A stretch of DNA of 60,432 nt, filler included, from Basidioascus undulatus (lineage: Eukaryota), in the NCBI GenBank assembly GCA_000826855.1. It is 4 parts of 4 records of this genome, joined end to end, with 100 filler letters (N's around TTAATTAATTAA, not from the genome) between each part and the next. Parts side by side here need not be neighbours in the genome. Positions count along the whole stretch, not along the records: positions 30,299 to 45,318 come from JTLS01000669.1; positions 45,419 to 60,432 come from JTLS01000670.1; 2 more parts are not named here. One strand, written 5' to 3'. The position numbers were made by a program, and so were the translations under genes. Under the pieces are notes generated by a model. It was given only the letters and a program-made list of their open reading frames with translations. It made no database searches and was not told where the DNA came from. Numbering within the stretch: position 1 is the stretch's first letter; each line of letters starts with the position of its first letter. Below, piece after piece: positions 34,900-47,484 of the stretch.

Positions 34900-37700
34900 C
34901 GGACGGTCTTTTGAGTGGGTTTTCACATAGAAAATTGGGAGCAAGTGCTTTGAATGATGTGGAGGTACAAGAATGAGATTTGAGAGTACGGACGACCACG
35001 GGACTGCAGAACGCGGCTGTGACATAAAAGACGGGGTTAAACGGCAGAGGGACGATGCAATGCCAGAAATTTGGACCATCAAGAGCGAATTCTTAGCGAA
35101 ATAGCAGTCAACAGACGGGAGAGGAAACAATGCAGGGCTGAGGGGTACAACGTGAGTGTGACATATCAGACGGCATGTAAGGGAAGCAAAGCTATGATAT
35201 CAAGACACCCTCCTATCCAGGCGGATCATGAAAATCAGCAACTCCTCCAAAACCCGCCTCTGCCCCTTAGGCGAGAAAGGCCCTTTGGCGCCACAACACG
35301 CAAGGTGTGCACGCAGCTCGCAGTCCATAAGCTCTGCGATATCCCGCATGGTCCGAAGCACGGAGATGTCCTATGAGAGTTGTTTTATTAAATCAGAAAC
35401 TGGTCCCCTGAGCCTTTAGGAGAAATTGACGGTGGGGGCCGGCACGCCCTGCGCATTGTTAGGGCAAGGACCAAAGGGTGGGTCGCCTGAGCGGGTCGGA
35501 GCCTGTATGGCGTTGTCGGCCGACTTGGACACCACAGGAAGGGCTAGTCAGCCGAAGTACCGAGAGTTAATTTGATATAGAGCAAGTTCTGGGTACGAAC
35601 AGTGGCCTGTAGACCCGCCACCCACCCGCCCCGTACAACCACCCCAGCCCCTGCCCCTGAAACCGTTGCCGTCTCCCAAGCTAGAGAAAATGGGACTCAC
35701 AAACGAGGCCTAGACTGAGCGCCGATTTGATGCACGTCGTGTTGCTGCTTGGAATTGAGACGTCAGCCAGGTGCAACGACAGCATGCAGTCCGCTTCATC
35801 CAGCAAACCTGGACGCACCTCGGAACAAGTGAGCGGGGTTCCAATCGAAATCCTGAGAACACAAATAAGGATTATCAGGCACATCTACGCAAGTCGGAGT
35901 CATTAATCGGATACGTGCGATTCTGAAAGATCGCCGAGCAGGTACTGCCGCCTGCTGGTGGAGGAGCTGAGGGTGATGAGGCTAAGGCTGACGGAGGGAA
36001 TGGAGACGGAGACTGTGTGAATGGAAAGATGGGAAAGATGACATCGCCGATGATGTGTGAGAGTGTGAGGGCAAGGGAGGAGATCAACAAATACGTAAAC
36101 AAGCTGGTGGTTTAGCCAAGGCGAGGCTGGCAGTCAGCGGGAACATTGCCTGCCATCTCTCTTCTTCCCCTCCCGAAGGGGCTGTCAGGCCCATACCCTT
36201 CCGCCAAAGCGCTTCCTCAAGGGGCGATGAGCGTTGTTCAAGCCAACCAGAATGCAGGTAGCCTCAACAAGCAAAGAAGCACTGTGCGAGATTGCCACCG
36301 TGACCATCGTGCGAGATAGCCATCTCCGCCCTCCGATGCTCCTGCCCCCTTACCATTCATCCTCAAACAGTAGCCGAGGATGAGATAAGTTGGGTCAAAC
36401 AAAGTTAGAGTGTGACAGATGTCAGCAGGGACCTTGTACACACATGAAGCTGTCCAGGCCCGCATGTACGCCGGTATAATTCAAGTCTGAGGGGCGTGGA
36501 GTGCAATGGACCACATAATGACTTTTAGAGCTCCAATGTTAGAAAAGTGTTGAGGAGATGTACGCGGGGGGAACCCCCGCAACCCCCCTGCCTCCGGCGG
36601 CGCTTGCAGCGAGCCCATGCCTCAAGCGGCGCCTGCGTCAGCCTCTCACTTGAGCACATGCGGATCAGTGCTTGCAAGACTAATATCTCGCGTACGATCC
36701 ATGCATTGCTATCTACTACACTCCTGCCACTGTTACGCTCTCTCCCCCTCTCACCTGCAGCTGCAGCTGCTGCTGCCCGGCTTTCCCCGTCCTCACGCGC
36801 AAGTCTCAGCACATGGGGTGGAACGCAGCAGTTAGGGCACCTGTGATACGTGGTTAGGTTGATTAGGGGTGACGCGGAACGGGGGGAGGTTAACTGGCCT
36901 GGTCTGGGTAGGAAAAGGGCCGTCAGGGTAGGAGAAGGCGGAGATGGGGTGGGAGCGCACGACAGAGGGTACGATGGCTGGCTTTCTCAAGGTGCTTGCG
37001 CATCCTGCCCGACCACTCCAGCCCTCAATATACCTGCAACGCCTACACAGCCCACTCCCAGCATCCCATGCGCGCCCTCCCAGCCCGGCGCATATACGCT
37101 GAACGCGATGCGGGACCGATACGGCTTGGTGCGGTCCCGGTCCCGCATCACGGTCGGCATACTTGTCTATGACGGGCGGTGTCTGCGTGAGTGCCGATGG
37201 GAGGATGTGCTGAGGGCGGGGGAGAGAATCGTTCGGGGTGCTCGAGCGGGCGTGAGGAAGGTGCGGAGGAGATGGTGGGTGACGAGCAGGCTGATAGGGA
37301 TGGTGTGGTCTGTCAGCTTGGAACTAGAGTGCGGATTGAGAGAAGCAACCGAGCTTACCACGTACATACATGCATCATCTGAGCCGGCGCTTCGCTCACC
37401 CATCCCTCCGGATCCCTCATCGCCCCCCATCCCCGGCACGGTGCGCGTGCTCCACGCGCGCACTGCCTCGCCGATGCAGGCCCGTGGACAAGCACCCGCA
37501 ATTTCGGACCACTGTCTGGTAGAGCGCCAGGGCCTTGGAGTCGGAGGGTGGCGGGTAGCTGAACACCCGCGGAGGGTAGGCCTTCCAGGTGGCAGTAGCC
37601 CTTTGCCTCTGCCTCATGCACCCATCGCTGTCGCTTCTCTTCCACCTCCTCATTTCTACCGCACTCTCCCCGAAATGGCCGGTACGATCATCCATCCCCC
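34900..37700 (-). pseudogene. Decayed multi-exon coding relic, possibly transposon-derived, with a SAP-like motif
   Basis: Several GT..AG-bounded coding-like blocks with stops. ELMDCELRAHLACCGAKG..GQRRVLEELL at about 35235..35335. Confidence 0.3.
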
Positions 37701-38318
37701 TCCCCATCCCAGTCCCTAACAAGCCGTGGTTCGCCACCAAGCTCAGGGGGAAACAACCGACACGAAAACTGTTCCGTCTGCGGATACTCACCACTGTCTA
37801 CAGCTGTGGCCTTGAGATTTCTTACGTTCAATTTGAAGCGTTTAAGCTAAGCTCATCCCCGATGTGCTACGGAGTTCGCCGCCCCTTGCAACGCCGGGTT
37901 CACAAGGTGTATCTGCTCAGAGACGATTGCGTACGAAGCTCCTCTTCGCTTTTCTTACTTTACAATAGCATATTTCATGGTAGAGTAAAGAGTGTGCAAT
38001 AGAGGAGATTGTCGGAGAGTCTTTGCTGCTCAACTCGTTGTTCTCCCTTCAGGCAACTCGCCGATAGCCTCAAGGTGGGTACCCTAACAGCCAATTCATA
38101 TTTACTTGTCGAGTGGATCCCGCAGTCCTGTATGCTTACCTACAAGTCTAATGTACAGCTGACATTCTTTTCTTTGCTATTCGACCTCAGTTGTGTGTAG
38201 CTAAGGCGCGTACGGTCTTTCTTGTATCGCCCTTGCGCACTCCGTCCTCGTTGCACGCATTACAGGAAGCTTTGAAAAGGCAAGAAAGTCCTTGACAGTC
38301 TCTAAAAGCTTCTTCCAC

Positions 38319-40171
38319 CTACTCAGGCCCGTAGAAGTCTCCAGCTTGACAACGCGCTGCTGCGTCCAAGTTGACGTTCGCTGTCGCCTTCTCAAGCCGC
38401 GCCAGATCCACCTTGAAGGAGCCATCCCCCAACACACCCCGTGCAACACCTTCAAAGTGGTCGAGAGCGTACCGCTGCGCGTCGTGGTCGTAAAAACCGG
38501 ACGTTGTCAGCGCCAGCTTGTCGGGGCTTGCGGTCGCGTCGGCCTTGTGCCAGTTGTCGCGCTGTCGGACCGTTTCAGTACCGTTAATGTCGCAAGAAGT
38601 TGGGGAGATGGAGAGGCATACCTGCTGCCGGCCGCTCTCCCCACCCTGTCGAATCGTAGCTTCTCGAATGTCCTCAACGCCAGGCGCACGCCACTGGGCG
38701 TTTTGTCCGCGAGCGCGAGGCAGATCCCGAGCGTCGCGCCGTCCTCCCAGGCCATGGAGCCGCCTTGGATGGAGGTGGGTAGAAAGTTATGCGCAGCGTC
38801 ACCGAGGAGGGTAATCTGTTCACAAACTTGAGGTGTCAGAGCAATGCAGCCTCCAGAAAGGACATCAAGCGACACGCACTCGACCGTCTTTCGAGACCCA
38901 GGTGGGAAGCGGATCGTGCCACGAGAGCTTCCAGTCGATACAAGAAGGGAACTTGGAGATGCCGGCCCTCAATCTGACAGAAAATTTTCGGCAAAGCGGA
39001 CTAACACGGGCTGGTCGACTTACACAGGGTCCCAACCGTCCAAGCACGCCAGGACGTCCTCCAGCTTGCCCGGCGCGTTCCAGCTCTCGATCGCTCCACC
39101 TCCGGTGTCCTTGCGCGTCACGGCGAACGACATGTGGCTGATGCTCCCCGGTTTGCCGAAGGTCCCGATGATTCCATGCATGTCGTGTCCGACCCAGCTG
39201 TGCGCGCAGCCGTCGGCGAGCGGCGCGGTGAGCGGGTCGGAGAGGAGGGCGTCGGCGGGGGCGAAAGCGCGGTAGACAGCCTGTGATTGTTGTTCGTTTG
39301 ATACGTTACACAAAACAAGAAGGAGTGTTTTTCTGAAGACGCACATAACCGGAGGACCTCGGAGGGTCGTCATACCCGAAAACGACTAGCTTCGCCTTGC
39401 TCTTAATCCCGTCGGCAGCGAGAATTACCTAAAAAGACACAGTCAGCTATGCGCAAAGTGACAATCACACTATCAAATGGAAAGTTACCCACATCAGCGG
39501 AAACCTTCTCCCCCTTCTTCAGCACCACGCAAGGCCTCGGGCCAGCGTCTTCCTCGTACCCGTCGACCGGCGTGTTCGTCCGCATCTTGACGCCGAGCTC
39601 GACCGCCTTGTCCCACAGCAGGCTATAAAACTTTGCGCGGGGTCCGCCCATCATGGGGTATCCTAACTGCGCAGGCAGCGCGGCGTTGTCCTCCCGGTGG
39701 AGGATCTTGCCGGCTTCGAAAGTCGATATCAGCGAGTGGCACCAGCTGGCTAAGCCGGATAAGGCGTAACGTACTCATGGCATCCCGCACGTTGAAGTAC
39801 CGGCCCTGAGAAGCGTACTTCCACATCTCCTCGCCGACGCCCCAACGCAGCGCGATTCGCGAGGCGTTCGGTCCGAAGCCGATGGCGTCGCCGTACGGCG
39901 AAGGCCCGTTGCCGCGCTGTTGGTGGGAGGGTGAGCATAAGATGAGAGGTACGTGCTGATGGACGAAGAAGCGGACCTCGATGAGCTCGACTGAGAGGCC
40001 TTCTCGAGCGCAGGCGATAGCGGAGGAAAGACCGCCTGAGGAAGAGATATCGTGAGTGAATGAGGCGTTGAAATGGTACGCGTAGTCGAAAGTGGACGCA
40101 CCAAAGCCACCTCCGACAACGAGGACCTTGAAGTCCTCCGAGATTCCGTTCTGGGGTAGATCAATTGTCAT
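38319..40171 (-). CDS. FAD-dependent monooxygenase (salicylate hydroxylase-like), apparent frameshift near 38640
   Basis: VLVVGGGFG|GL, VILAADGIKS, CIDWKLSWHDPLPTWVS, LLGDAAHNFLPTSIQGGSMAWEDG, last exon RDNWHK. Confidence 0.88.
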
Positions 40172-40920
40172 GTTTGGCTTGCTAGATCTGGTAGATAATA
40201 GGCGGCGTGAGCAGGAGATGAGGTGGGCGGGGGTGATGGCTTGGTGGATGAGGGGAACGTCTGCGACGCAGTAGGATGCCCTAATAACCGGAACACGTTC
40301 CGAATTCTTTACACACACTCAGACGCTACAAGGCAAGGCTGCCGATGGGGGACGTGCAGGTGCTACGTTTCGATCGTAGTGTCGCACTCTGTGCGCCAAG
40401 TTGAAAGCGCTCGCAGTGCTCGGGCTGTTCGGCGCCCGTGGCACTGCGGCTGCCGGCAAGCTCGCGCATTGTCGTCTATCGTGATGTCCGGGAAGGTCCC
40501 CAGATGTAAAACAATGTAAGACGCATCGGCGATGTAGTATATGGAGCAATGGAACGAACAGCTCAACCTCGGTGGCCGACGAGCGAATCAGCAATCTGGC
40601 AACGCCTGCTGTGGCGGTCACTCGCATCCGTCCGACCCGAATCAAAACTACATTGCACTACGCCGTGGTATTATGAAGACAATCACAGAGAAACAGAATA
40701 CTGGTTAAAATTGGTGCTAGCTGTGCTTCTCTTCGGACTGAGATCATACGAGATGAGGACTAAAGAGACGGGGCAGGATGAGGGGACGGATAACGGGTTT
40801 GGGTGGAAGGGGGAAAGGCAAGGCAAAGAGAGAGAGACCAAGGGGTAATCGAGCGACGAGAACAGACCAGAGGGGGTATGTGTGTTGCACCTTCTACCTC
40901 AGCACCGCCGCCTCCTGCGC

Positions 40921-42673
40921 CTATGCAGGCGTCGCCTCCCTCTCCTTCAGGACGTTCCCCGCCCCACCGCGCCCGCCCGTCCGGCTCTCGCTCCGCCTTA
41001 CCACCACCTCCTTGTCCACGCCCACCCCCGTGCCCGCCGCAAAGTGATTCCCCGCGCCTCCCCTACCAGCCGTGCCCCCCTGCGCCTGCGGGGCCTGGGG
41101 CTCGTGCTCCGGCGCGCTCGGGAAGCGCGGGACGGTGTTCCGCGAGCCGCCGCGGCCAGAGGACTGGAGCGCGGGCGTCTGCGACGGGGCGGGGGACTCG
41201 GACTGGGAGTGCAGCGGCGAGGGGGAGGCGTGCGAGTCCGCGCGCGAGGGCGAGGACGGGGAGGAGGGCTCCTTGCTCCGCGAGAATGAGCGCAGAACGG
41301 AACCGATCAGCCCGCCTGGGCCGTGGTGCTCCTTCGTTTCGGGCGCGCGCCCGCGCCGCTCGACAGAGGCGTCGCGGACGTTGCCTTGGTCCGTCCAAGC
41401 ATCAGTACAGGCCCAAAGACTCTTTCTCGAGAGGAGGAAGAAGGAAGAGTGGGGCAAGAAGGGAATGAGGCAAAACCGACTCACCGGCCCCCCCGCGCCC
41501 CGACGAGCGCACCCCACCCCTGGCGAGCTCGCGCTCGTGCGCCTCGCGCACCCGGCGCTCCTCGAGGTCGAGCTTGCTGAGGCGCTCGAGGTCTATGTCG
41601 TCAAGCTGCCCGGGCGCAGGCGCGACGTTCCCGGCGCCGCCTTTGCCGGCGTGGTGGCTGCAGCCAATACCAGTACAGTGTGTCAGTCGGCAGCTCGGGG
41701 AGGATGAAGAAGAGAAGGAGAACAGGGAGAGGGAGGAAGACGCACACTTTCGCCCCCTCCTCGTGCGCATGCACAGACGACACGCGCCGGTCCTCCTCCT
41801 CCAGGCGCTCGAGCTCCTGCCTCGCCTCGGGATCACGGCTCTCCGAGCGGATGTTACCAAGGCCTGCACGCACCACCCGGCACCCGAATCAGCCTTCATG
41901 CTCTCCACCAAGGGTTGTGTTCCGACTCACCGCCCCTCCCCCCACTAACGAGAGGTTCGCCCGGAGCGCGCCCGCGGCTGAGACTACGGCGCTCCCCCGC
42001 AGGGCTCGGTCCGGCAGAGCGGTCGCGCGAGATGGAGCGGATAAAGTCGCGCGTGCGGGAGCGCGAGCGGGAACGCGACCCGTCGGACGCGCGCGAGGTC
42101 AGGTTGCCTGCGCCGCCGCGGCTGTGAGAAGGGTTCAGCTACTGTCCTTTAAGGGGAGGGAGGAAGAGGGGGATGAAAGGCGACACACCCGGTGGGAACC
42201 ACCCCCTCGCGCTCCTGCTTCTCGGCCGCCTCGCGCTGCAGACGCTCCTCGAGCTCGAGCTCGCGCTGCAGGTGCGCGCGCTCGGCCGGGTCCCGCGAGG
42301 GGGAACGCACGTTGCCGGACCCGCCCCGACCAGAGTGGGTGACCTGGTGCGCGGGGTGCGGAAAGGAGTCAGTTTCTGCGGAAGACGAGAAAAAAGGGAG
42401 AAGGGAGGATATGGGGATGAGGGGATATGGAAATGGAGGAAGAGGGGAGATGGGGAGATGGGGCAGGGGTACGGGAAGCGGAGGTGGTGGAAGACGTACC
42501 TTGTTCGCATCGTTCATGTGGTGCCGCCCGCGCGTAAGGCTCTCAATGTCCTCCTCGGCATCGGCGACACGGGTGCCATGCGCAGACGGCGAGCGGATGT
42601 TGCCCGCGCCGCCGCGGCCGGTGGAGATTACCGGTTCGCGACCGCGCGAGACGGAGCGTTCTGTGGAGGGCAT
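40921..42673 (-). CDS. GRGGAGN-repeat protein (DUF3602/Par32-like), spliced
   Basis: MPSTERSVSRGREPVISTGRGGAGNIRSPS followed by many GRGGAGN, GRGGSGN and GKGGAGN repeats, several split by introns. Confidence 0.85.
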
Positions 42674-42959
42674 GGTTGTGTGTGGTTGCGTGTGTGGTTT
42701 ATTGGTGAATGGGGATGGGGAGAGATAATGGAATGGGAGGAGGGAGGAAGGCAAGGGGCGTCAGCGGCCAGGGCCCGAGGGAGAGGCGCAGAGATAAGGC
42801 AGCGAGGAGCGGACGAAGGAGAGTGCGAAGAGGCGAGATAAGCGACCCCGCCCCCGCTCGACCGCCACTTGGCATGCTTCCTTCCTTCGCCCTTGACAGC
42901 TCGTCATCCTCCCATTAATTTTTGTTCCCCGAGACAACCTATATGCGCCACGTGCGCAT

Positions 42960-43403
42960 TCAAATACACTCTCGAGAGATACGCATTTAAAAGCCAATCA
43001 GCGCCGTCCACCAGACGCGCGCATATCTCTGCCTGGCTTCGCCTTGCGCTCCTCCCGACCCTCCCGACCCCAGAACCAAGGCATGGGCGCCGCACTCACC
43101 CGAGCTCCTCGGCTTCCTCGCGCCCCACCCGCTCATCGCCGTCTCCCCGTCCCCCAGATAATCGCTGTACCCGCTCTCTGAGTCCCACCCGGGGCGGCCC
43201 GTCCGCCCGCGGTGCGTGCTCTGGCTGCTGCGATCCGGACTCAAGGCATCCTTGATCCGCTCGCCTAGGCGCGCGGCGAAGGATTCCCGCCGTGGCGGGG
43301 AGGGGAGGTCCGAGAGTGTGTCCCGCTCGGTCGAGTCCCGCTCGTCGCCGCCGTCGTCGGTCCGAGCGAAAGACGGGCGAGAGTCGAGTGGCGTGAGCGT
43401 CAT
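42960..43403 (-). CDS. Small hypothetical protein, low complexity
   Basis: ATG 43403, GC3-rich exon ending at a GTGAGT donor near 43099. Last exon uncertain. Confidence 0.4.
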
Positions 43404-45318
43404 GCCCGCAAGAGGATCGGGGGTCGGAATTGGGGATCGAGTACGGATGTGGGTGCTGTCGGATGTGTGTATGTGGTGCTTGGATGTGAAAAATATGCAG
43501 AGGATGAATAGGAGTTCGAGGATGGCAAGTCGAGGACGACGAGATCTTGGCAGCCGAGACGTTTCGGATCACGTGGCCGAAACTGAACGCCCCATGTACT
43601 GTAATCGTTTGCAGTACTCGGCCGGCAGTGTTGAGGTCGCTGACTGTGACCCACAACGCGCTGTGATGCCCACGCTCAAGTGGCAGTGGAAGACAATTAG
43701 GGTACTTTAGTTTGGGTACGCGTTCCTTGTTCTCCGTGCATGGCTGCAGACTGAAAGCCGGGGCATGCAACCGATGTGTCCGTTGTTCCGTGCTGTATTG
43801 CTGTATATGTTGCGCCCAACTTCAATGGGATTCTTATAAAAGGAATATGGGCAAGGTATCTATCTTACCCAGATTAAGGCAGAAGGACTCAATTCGGCTT
43901 GAGCAGAGCTGAAAGGCTTTCAGTCCTCACAGCCCAACACTTCCCCTCTGCTCTTCCCGTCCTTCAGTTCTCTCCAGTCCTGCGACCTGAACGAAACATT
44001 CTCTTCCTGTCGAACCGCAGAGGAGTGACGATGATGCGTTGAAAGTGCCCCCCCACAGCCTGCACAATACTCTTAAACAGATCCTCATGTTCATCTTGAG
44101 TTTTTGTCACACCTATGAATTTACTAGTATAAATACCAAAGTTAGTCACTTTCTGGAATTCATGAGCTGAACAATGTCACTTGTCGGGTGCGCCATACAG
44201 TAACGACGCTGCCAATCCGTCTTATTGTCTTCCAACCTCAAACGCCCTGCCTTCGAAGCTCAGTTGATAATAAAGCCTCAGAGCTCTTTATAATTTTCTG
44301 GAATGCAGAGCTTGAGGCTACCCCGTCACGGTGCTTTGCACCACTTGAACCACAAGAGTCAGTCGTTATGCTGTCAGGACTGCACACGGCAGGGACAGGT
44401 GTGTCTGGCAATAATAGCAGGACAGGGTGGTTTAGAGGAACCGATAATAATCAATGCAGTCTAGAGTCATTCCTGGTCACTGGTTAAATGCAGGAAGCGC
44501 AGCCTGCCTCAAATCAGCAGTTGCGTGTGAAGCATGCTGCTTGTGGAACCGCTCTTTATCTGAGTACCACTTTAACCCTTTAAATAGGGGAGAACATAAT
44601 AAAACATCAGGAGCTTCAGGTCTGCGCCGGTCCGGAGGCTCTGCAGAACGAAGGGAGAGACATCTGGGCTTCCTCACTGCATGGCGTGGGTCCGCTGAAT
44701 TCAGCTTTATCTCTTGCTCGCAACGTCAATGACATGTACCTTCTCTACCCCTTCTTGGGTATTTAATTCTGTAATGAACCTCAGGTCCCTTTTTATTCAC
44801 AGCGTTACGTGAAAGCTGTGCATGGCCAAGGCACATGCAGCAGATAAAAAACACTGAAACTATGTCTCCCGCGCGTGCTTGTGGCCCGAATCGTCATGTT
44901 CCGTGCTGTGCAGACCGAGCGCCTGACTGGAACTGACTGGTGATTCTTTCGGTTGCTTTCGCAGCTTCTCGGACATTGATGGTAAATTCCCATCCCGAGA
45001 TCAACCAGAAATAACCGCATGTACGGAGCAATAACGATAACGCTGAGGGGTCCGGCACTCTTTCGTATTCTGCAACCTGCTGGCTGGTTCGTCCTGCCGC
45101 CGGCTTCCCATGTGCACATGCTCATTCTACGCCTATCGACGGCACAGTGTCAGGACCGGCCCGGCTGACCGGTCCGTCTGCTCCTCATATTGCCGCCCTC
45201 GCACTCACGTTCCCCTCCTCCCCACACCCTACACAACTCACCGCCTGTATACGATGGACCCCTCCATCCCCCACACAGTCCTCATCAGTCCGTCCTTTGT
45301 TACTCCCTCCCCCCCCCC

Positions 45319-45418
45319 NNNNNNNNNNNNNNNNNNNNNNNNNNNNNNNNNNNNNNNNNNNNTTAATTAATTAANNNNNNNNNNNNNNNNNNNNNNNNNN
45401 NNNNNNNNNNNNNNNNNN
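45319..45418. other. Artificial contig spacer
   Basis: Same 100-nt linker. Confidence 0.98.
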
Positions 45419-46179
45419 GCAGGGCGGGGTGTGCAGGGGGAGGGAAAGGGGAGGGGACTGCGTGCAGGTTTGTCAGTTTCGCCTACCCTCCCGAAGGTGT
45501 GAGAGTGAGACGACTGACCTCGAACTTAACGGGCTCCCAAGACGCCCTGCTCGACTCGGCTTGGAGGATGAGGGACGACTCAACCAGAGGCGGAGGGCTC
45601 TCGGGCGCGGGGGCGTTGCTACGCCCGCGGCCCTTGCCGTGCGCGTACTTGATGCCGGGGTACTTGTGCTGCAACCCAGATCCATCCCTCAGCACCTCCC
45701 CTCCATCCCATCCTCGAACAAAAAGCTCACCTGGATGTTCCCCCACACGCTCTGGGCGTACGCCGCCTTCACCCCACCGATCTCCCCGATCTGCGCCCAC
45801 GTCTTGCCTGACTCGACGGCGGCTGCGAGCTCGTCGTGCGAGAGCTTGAACACCGTGCGGCGCGCCTGTGGCTCGGCGTCGAGGGAGGCGGCCGTCTGGC
45901 CTGCTTCCAGGGCGGCGCGTAGCTTTGCGACCTGGAAGATGGGGAGAGGGAGAATTCAGAGAGGGGGATGTGGGATCGATCGGAGGTGGGTAGGCAGCAT
46001 ACTCGGGCGCGGACTTGGCGCGGAGTCGCATAGCCGTCTGAGCTTCCGGCTGGGTGAGCTATGAATGGGAAGGTTGAGATGGGATGGGGCGTACACTTAA
46101 TCATGAGCTGCTTCATGTGCGCCGTAGAGTCGCCTTCGAGGAGGTCGCGCTCGAGCTGCTGGTAGGAAACGCGGGGCAT
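45419..46179 (-). CDS. Hypothetical spliced protein with HTH-like segment, 3' end lost at contig end
   Basis: MPRVSYQQLERDLLEG..., exon VAKLRAALEAG..LSHDELAAAVESGKTWAQIGEIGGVKAAYAQSVWGNIQ, canonical splice sites. Confidence 0.6.
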
Positions 46180-47484
46180 CGCTACTGGAGATTATGCGGG
46201 GTGGTGATGGCGCTGGATGAAGAGCAGGAGATCCGATCCGGAGCCTTTTATTCGCAGCTGGACCAAGGGGTGGTTCCTGCCCTATCCTGCGAGCCACGCC
46301 CACCCAGCTGCACCAGCTGGCGTTACAGACTGCCACCCACTGGCCTTGGCACCAGTGCGTGTGAAAGAGCAGTAGGGTGTCGGCTGGCTTGTTTGGCCTC
46401 GATTGCCGTCGAACGACTGAATGAATGGAGGTGATAAACGCATTTGTGCCGGATGCAGGAGAAAGGAAACCCTGAGCCTGGGCGCAGCGAGGGAGAGGGG
46501 TGAGAGTGAGGGGGACAATGGCGTTTCGAACTGGGATGCGGAGCTTTGCAGGCTCGCGGGCCTACTGCGTGCTGTGTCACCGCTGTTTGGCACGACTCGG
46601 CTGAAAGACGCTGCGAACAGTCTCGCTCTCCATCAAAGAAATTTTCATTTAAATTTACCACTGAACGTTAAGTTTACCTTTCAATATTCACAGCTACGCT
46701 TTAACCATCTTGGGGGTTGCGGACGCCGGTTGGCACTGAAACTCCCCTGCTTTGTCCACACGATACGTGTCGTTCGTCCACAGAGGGACGACAAAGGAAC
46801 CTTTTGAATTCCACCTTTAAAGCAGTAGACTAGGAGGCAAATCAGTCATTCAGGTACGACGGCAGCACGGCTGGTGCAACCGCGGCTGCATACTCTCGCA
46901 TGCACGCCGCTGTAGCCAGCCCTGGACGACTATGCAGGCCACCTAGTGTGCGCAAGAACAAAGACTCCTGTGAATGAACCCTTCCTTTTTCGGGAAGGCT
47001 ATTTCTCTCGCATACAAATTGATCGAATGCCTTATAAACGTGCGGCTGGCATGAGCAAGGGTGCGCAGGCTGGGCCGCAAGCATGGTGTATCTGGCCCTT
47101 GAGCAGAACGGCACGCTAATTGGGGCCATAACAAGAGACTCACAGCGTAGCTGGATCCATCTGGTCAACCGAGTGGGACCATGTACCGACGTACGAAAAA
47201 GATCAAGAGGAGAACGCTAGCACCTTGCCCGAGAGGAACACTGTGCTCTCGGGAGCGCCGTCCATCATAGAGGGCAATGTAAACTAATGCTGCGCTTAGC
47301 GTGGATCTTCGAAAACTCTTGAAATAGCTGTAAGAACCGGAAGACGCTTTTCATTTTGCTATCAAAATCTTTCGCAGTCGGGTGCGAGCCGCAGTGCACG
47401 TGACCGCAAAGAACCGCGAAACCGACGAGAAGACGACTTCTTCCCATCACTCATTAGTTGTTTCTCGCTCACAACCATCACGAC

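Noticed and set aside
42987..43403. Alternative first exon of the GRGGAGN-repeat gene
   Set aside because: Its donor is phase 1, whereas the next two acceptors of that gene are phase 0 and phase 2.
43900..45318. Short ORF fragments and a possible gene start (MDPSIPHTVLI) at the contig end
   Set aside because: Too short and without recognisable motifs to support a call.
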